From positions 1 through 40,192 of the forward strand of contig JBBIGR010000045.1 of the NCBI GenBank assembly GCA_037447435.1: a stretch of DNA of 40,192 nt, written 5' to 3'. Of this stretch, positions 37,210 to 40,192 are shown piece after piece. The position numbers and the translations under genes are program-made. The notes beneath the pieces were generated by a model. That model saw only the letters and a program-made list of their open reading frames with translations, was not told where the DNA came from and made no database searches. Origin of the DNA: Fibrobacteria bacterium (GTDB lineage: Bacteria > Fibrobacterota > Chitinivibrionia > Chitinivibrionales > FEN-1185). How positions within the stretch are numbered: position 1 is the first letter of the stretch; each line of letters begins with the position of its first letter.

Positions 37210-37938
37210 TTAATCCTCACGACCGGGATAGGCGGAAAACATCGCTTTAATGGAATCGTTTGTCAAAACCGTCGCCGGCGTTCCCGAAAACAAAACAGCG
37301 CGATTGACGCACGACACCGCATCCGCGATTCTGCCGACAAGCGATAGATCGTGATTTACCCAAAGTACCGTGGTTCCCGCGCGAGCAAGCCCTTTGATGA
37401 TTTCCGAAACATCGGCTGCGCCTTGTTCGTCGAGCGATTGCAACGGTTCATCGAGAACGAGCAGTTGCGGTGACGGAATCAGTGCCTGAGCGAAAAGCAC
37501 GCGCTGGCGTTCGCCGCCCGAGAGCTTTGAAATCAGGCGTTTTTCCTTACCGTTCATTTTTACTTCGGTCAATGCACGTGTTATTGCTTTCGAAACGCCG
37601 CGGACCGGCCCGAAAATCGCGGGTTTTTTTTGTACGCTAAGGGTAAGAAAGTCCATGACGGTCAGCGGGATTGTCGCATCAAAAGTCAATGCTTGCGGAA
37701 CATAGCCGGTAATCCGGGGCCCGTCGGACCAGGTGATGCTTATTTCCCCTGTGTGCCGGGTTTGGGCCAAAAGCGATTTTATTAAACTCGATTTGCCGCC
37801 GCCGTTCGGTCCGATTATGCAATGAACCGATGAGGATTCCACCGTGAGATTGACACGGTCCAAAACGACGTTTTCCTTAATTGTCAGGGAAACGTCCCGA
37901 AAACAAACGGATGGCCCTGTGCATGCCTGTATGGTCAT
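37210..37938 (-). CDS. Metal ABC transporter ATP-binding protein (FpvD-like)
   Basis: GPNGGGKSS, YVPQ, LSGGERQR, LVLDEP, NHDL. Confidence 0.93.
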   Translation of the reverse strand: MTIQACTGPSVCFRDVSLTIKENVVLDRVNLTVESSSVHCIIGPNGGGKSSLIKSLLAQTRHTGEISITWSDGPRITGYVPQALTFDATIPLTVMDFLTLSVQKKPAIFGPVRGVSKAITRALTEVKMNGKEKRLISKLSGGERQRVLFAQALIPSPQLLVLDEPLQSLDEQGAADVSEIIKGLARAGTTVLWVNHDLSLVGRIADAVSCVNRAVLFSGTPATVLTNDSIKAMFSAYPGRED

Positions 37939-38831
37939 TTTGCGGCGCCTTCCACTGCCGAACAAAGCGCCTCACAATTTGCACGCATATGTTTTTCAAA
38001 AAAATCCGCCGTATATTCTCCTTGCGAAAGATGCGAAAGTGCGCAAACGCGGACCCCGGTTTCCCGTTGTATCGTATTGACAAACGAGCTCGGAAAATCG
38101 GCCTCTGAAAACAAAACCGTCACGTGGGCCTTTTTAATACGGGCGATGGTTTGTGCAAGCTGGGAAGCCGAAGGCTCGACGCCGTGGGCAGGCTCGATGA
38201 CATCTTCCACCTGAAACCCGAATTCCTGAAGCAAATACGAATAACCGCCGTGTATTGTGGCGCATCGGAAATCATGTGTCTTTACAAGAGCAATTCTTTT
38301 CAAATATTCCGCTTTCATTTTCCGCAAACGGGATGCGTATGCGGCCGCATTATCGCGGTACGCCGGCGCATTATCCGCATCTATGGCGGCGAGGGCGTTT
38401 GCGATCGTATAAATTTGTTGGATAGAGGCCGAAAGGGAAACAAACGTATGGGAATTCACGGCGTTGGAATTAATAGATTGCGGGATAAGAGCGACATCCT
38501 TGTTTGCATAGACGATCGTAACCTTTTTGTCGATGCCTGCGCCTTTTAAAATATCGAACACAAATTCGTCGTGCCCCACGCCGTTGACGACAACAACGGA
38601 TATACCCAGCGCCCTTTTAATATCGTTTGGCCCGACTCGATACCCATGCGTATTGCTCCCCGCCTCTATCATCGGAACAACATCGGCTTTGTCACGAACG
38701 ACATTTTTCACATAGCTATAATACGGCAATAACCCTACCCCGATGCAAAGCCGTTTTGCTTCAGGGGATGCGGTGATGCCGGACGCAATCACCATGAGAA
38801 CGACTATCCGGAATAGTTGCAACGGTTTCAT
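37935..38831 (-). CDS. Metal ABC transporter solute-binding protein (ZnuA/TroA family, FpvC-like)
   Basis: PYYSYV, NTHGY, NGVGHDEF, VNSHTF, TIHGGY, EPAHGVEPS, LSH. Confidence 0.9.
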   Translation of the reverse strand: MKPLQLFRIVVLMVIASGITASPEAKRLCIGVGLLPYYSYVKNVVRDKADVVPMIEAGSNTHGYRVGPNDIKRALGISVVVVNGVGHDEFVFDILKGAGIDKKVTIVYANKDVALIPQSINSNAVNSHTFVSLSASIQQIYTIANALAAIDADNAPAYRDNAAAYASRLRKMKAEYLKRIALVKTHDFRCATIHGGYSYLLQEFGFQVEDVIEPAHGVEPSASQLAQTIARIKKAHVTVLFSEADFPSSFVNTIQRETGVRVCALSHLSQGEYTADFFEKHMRANCEALCSAVEGAAK

Positions 38832-38837
38832 GACGCC

Positions 38838-39470
38838 TCAATTTCCACGGTTCAGTTTTTTTAATTCGTCGGCACCTCGATAGGGTACCGCTTCATGCCA
38901 ACCGGTTGCGATAAGCGTGCCTTCGGAAAAATTTTTTGGCAAAATGAAAATTCCCGGTTTATACCAGATGGTAAACGGCGTCCGTTTATTTACTCCAGAG
39001 AAATAAGCGCCGTCGAGCGTATGAAAATGTTCAAAGAATGCGATAAACGACCCGGTAATGGCCGTATCATTGCTTTTTCCAATATAGGCGGCCCGATGAA
39101 CGCCGGCATTGTCCATCGGGTAAAGCAGCCATTGGATTTTCCCTCGGCTTTCCCACAAGGCGTTTTTTTCAAAAGGAGGCATAAGGCTGTCTTCAAGACT
39201 ATTGACAAGCGGCCATGTTTCATTTTTCCGATGCAATCCCTCGATATCGAAACCGCTTGTATATAAATCCATAAAAACGGATTGCGCCTTGGGCGGCAGG
39301 GCAAAAAACGCAGACACCTGATACGATTTTAGAGGCGGATTCTTCGTTACCTTGGCACGCAGCGAAATCAGGCCGGCGGCAACAAGAATGACGGCGATGA
39401 TTGACACAAAAACGAATATCGCTTCGCCGCGCTGCTGCAAAGGCTTGACAATAACGGTTTGGCCCGGCAT
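38838..39470 (-). CDS. Membrane-anchored DUF6162-like protein (FpvK-like)
   Basis: IVKP....E..F + TM, Q.SAF..L....Q..F.DL, PPF......SRG...W, AYIG.S....GSF. TAATG overlap with the upstream gene. Family assignment recalled from memory. Confidence 0.65.
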   Translation of the reverse strand: MPGQTVIVKPLQQRGEAIFVFVSIIAVILVAAGLISLRAKVTKNPPLKSYQVSAFFALPPKAQSVFMDLYTSGFDIEGLHRKNETWPLVNSLEDSLMPPFEKNALWESRGKIQWLLYPMDNAGVHRAAYIGKSNDTAITGSFIAFFEHFHTLDGAYFSGVNKRTPFTIWYKPGIFILPKNFSEGTLIATGWHEAVPYRGADELKKLNRGN

Positions 39471-40192
39471 TACTTGATCACCTGAATCCATAAAACCGGA
39501 TCCTGTTCAAGGGGTCTGCCCTTCCACGTTTTCGCCGAACCGGCCCCAATTGCCGCAAAGCCCCAAAATCCGGGCGTTTGCGGAATGTATGCGAATTCCC
39601 CGCTCGCATCGGTCAATACCGTGGCAACGCCGTATTTTTCGGAAGGAGATTTCCCTATTCCGACGATTCTTTTAGTTTTCATGTCTACATCGGCGTTTAA
39701 GTATTCAATTTCGATAGTGCAATACGGGACGGTTTTCCCTTCGGCATCAAATACAACCGCGCGGATAAGAGCTCCCGGGATTGCTTCCGTCGGCTTAATG
39801 AGTGGAACAATTTCGGCATATCCTTTTGCACAACGATGAGACCAATCGGTAGGAAACCCCGCTTTGTTTATAATGAGCTTCGCTATTTGCTGGATATAGG
39901 TTTTTTCCGATGCTTCCCAAAACGGATACGGTACGATAATCACCGCATAATCACCGGCGCTTTTAAATCCGGTTGTTTGATCAAGAAAAAGACTTTGTGC
40001 CGTACTGATTTCTTTGGGAGTTGCCAAAATAATGTTTTTAATCGATTCGCCGACTTTTAACGTTGCACCCCGATGAACGATAAATGCATCTTTGACCCCA
40101 AGCTCTTTGCCGTCTTCTTGCAAACCTGTTTTGAGCAGCGGTTCTACAACAAACGGGTGGGTAAAGAAAAAAAATATTTCAACCGATTTTTC
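39470..40192 (-). CDS. DUF4198 domain protein (5' end outside the window)
   Basis: Open to the window edge; FTHPF, GDY...PFWE.SE..YIQQ.AK, EIVPL..P, TD..G.F...P...GFWGFAA. Confidence 0.85.
   Translation of the reverse strand, partial: EKSVEIFFFFTHPFVVEPLLKTGLQEDGKELGVKDAFIVHRGATLKVGESIKNIILATPKEISTAQSLFLDQTTGFKSAGDYAVIIVPYPFWEASEKTYIQQIAKLIINKAGFPTDWSHRCAKGYAEIVPLIKPTEAIPGALIRAVVFDAEGKTVPYCTIEIEYLNADVDMKTKRIVGIGKSPSEKYGVATVLTDASGEFAYIPQTPGFWGFAAIGAGSAKTWKGRPLEQDPVLWIQVIK

Overview
Bacterial chromosomal window, probably Fibrobacterota (inferred from a fibro-slime protein and several secreted enzymes with T9SS/FlgD-like C-terminal tails). The first ~13 kb is an AT-rich, rearranged accessory region. 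It holds two paralogous cassettes with the same layout: a shared ~210-bp upstream repeat, a variable cargo slot (a DUF559 nuclease gene between palindromic inverted repeats in one, an MNT-HEPN pair in the other), a protein with a conserved 151-aa N-terminal domain fused to a swapped peptidoglycan-hydrolase C-terminus (PG-binding+M15 vs M23), and an unrelated exported small protein. This is the best candidate for an undescribed system: a polymorphic cell-wall toxin/immunity family. The middle of the window has secreted hydrolases, c-type cytochromes with a heme-motif chemoreceptor, and a fibro-slime protein. The right end has a lexA-dnaE2-imuB-like-DUF72 SOS mutagenesis cassette with a candidate LexA operator, and a DUF4198/FpvK-C-D-E-F-like metal ABC operon. 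All family assignments come from motif recognition by eye; no database searches were run.
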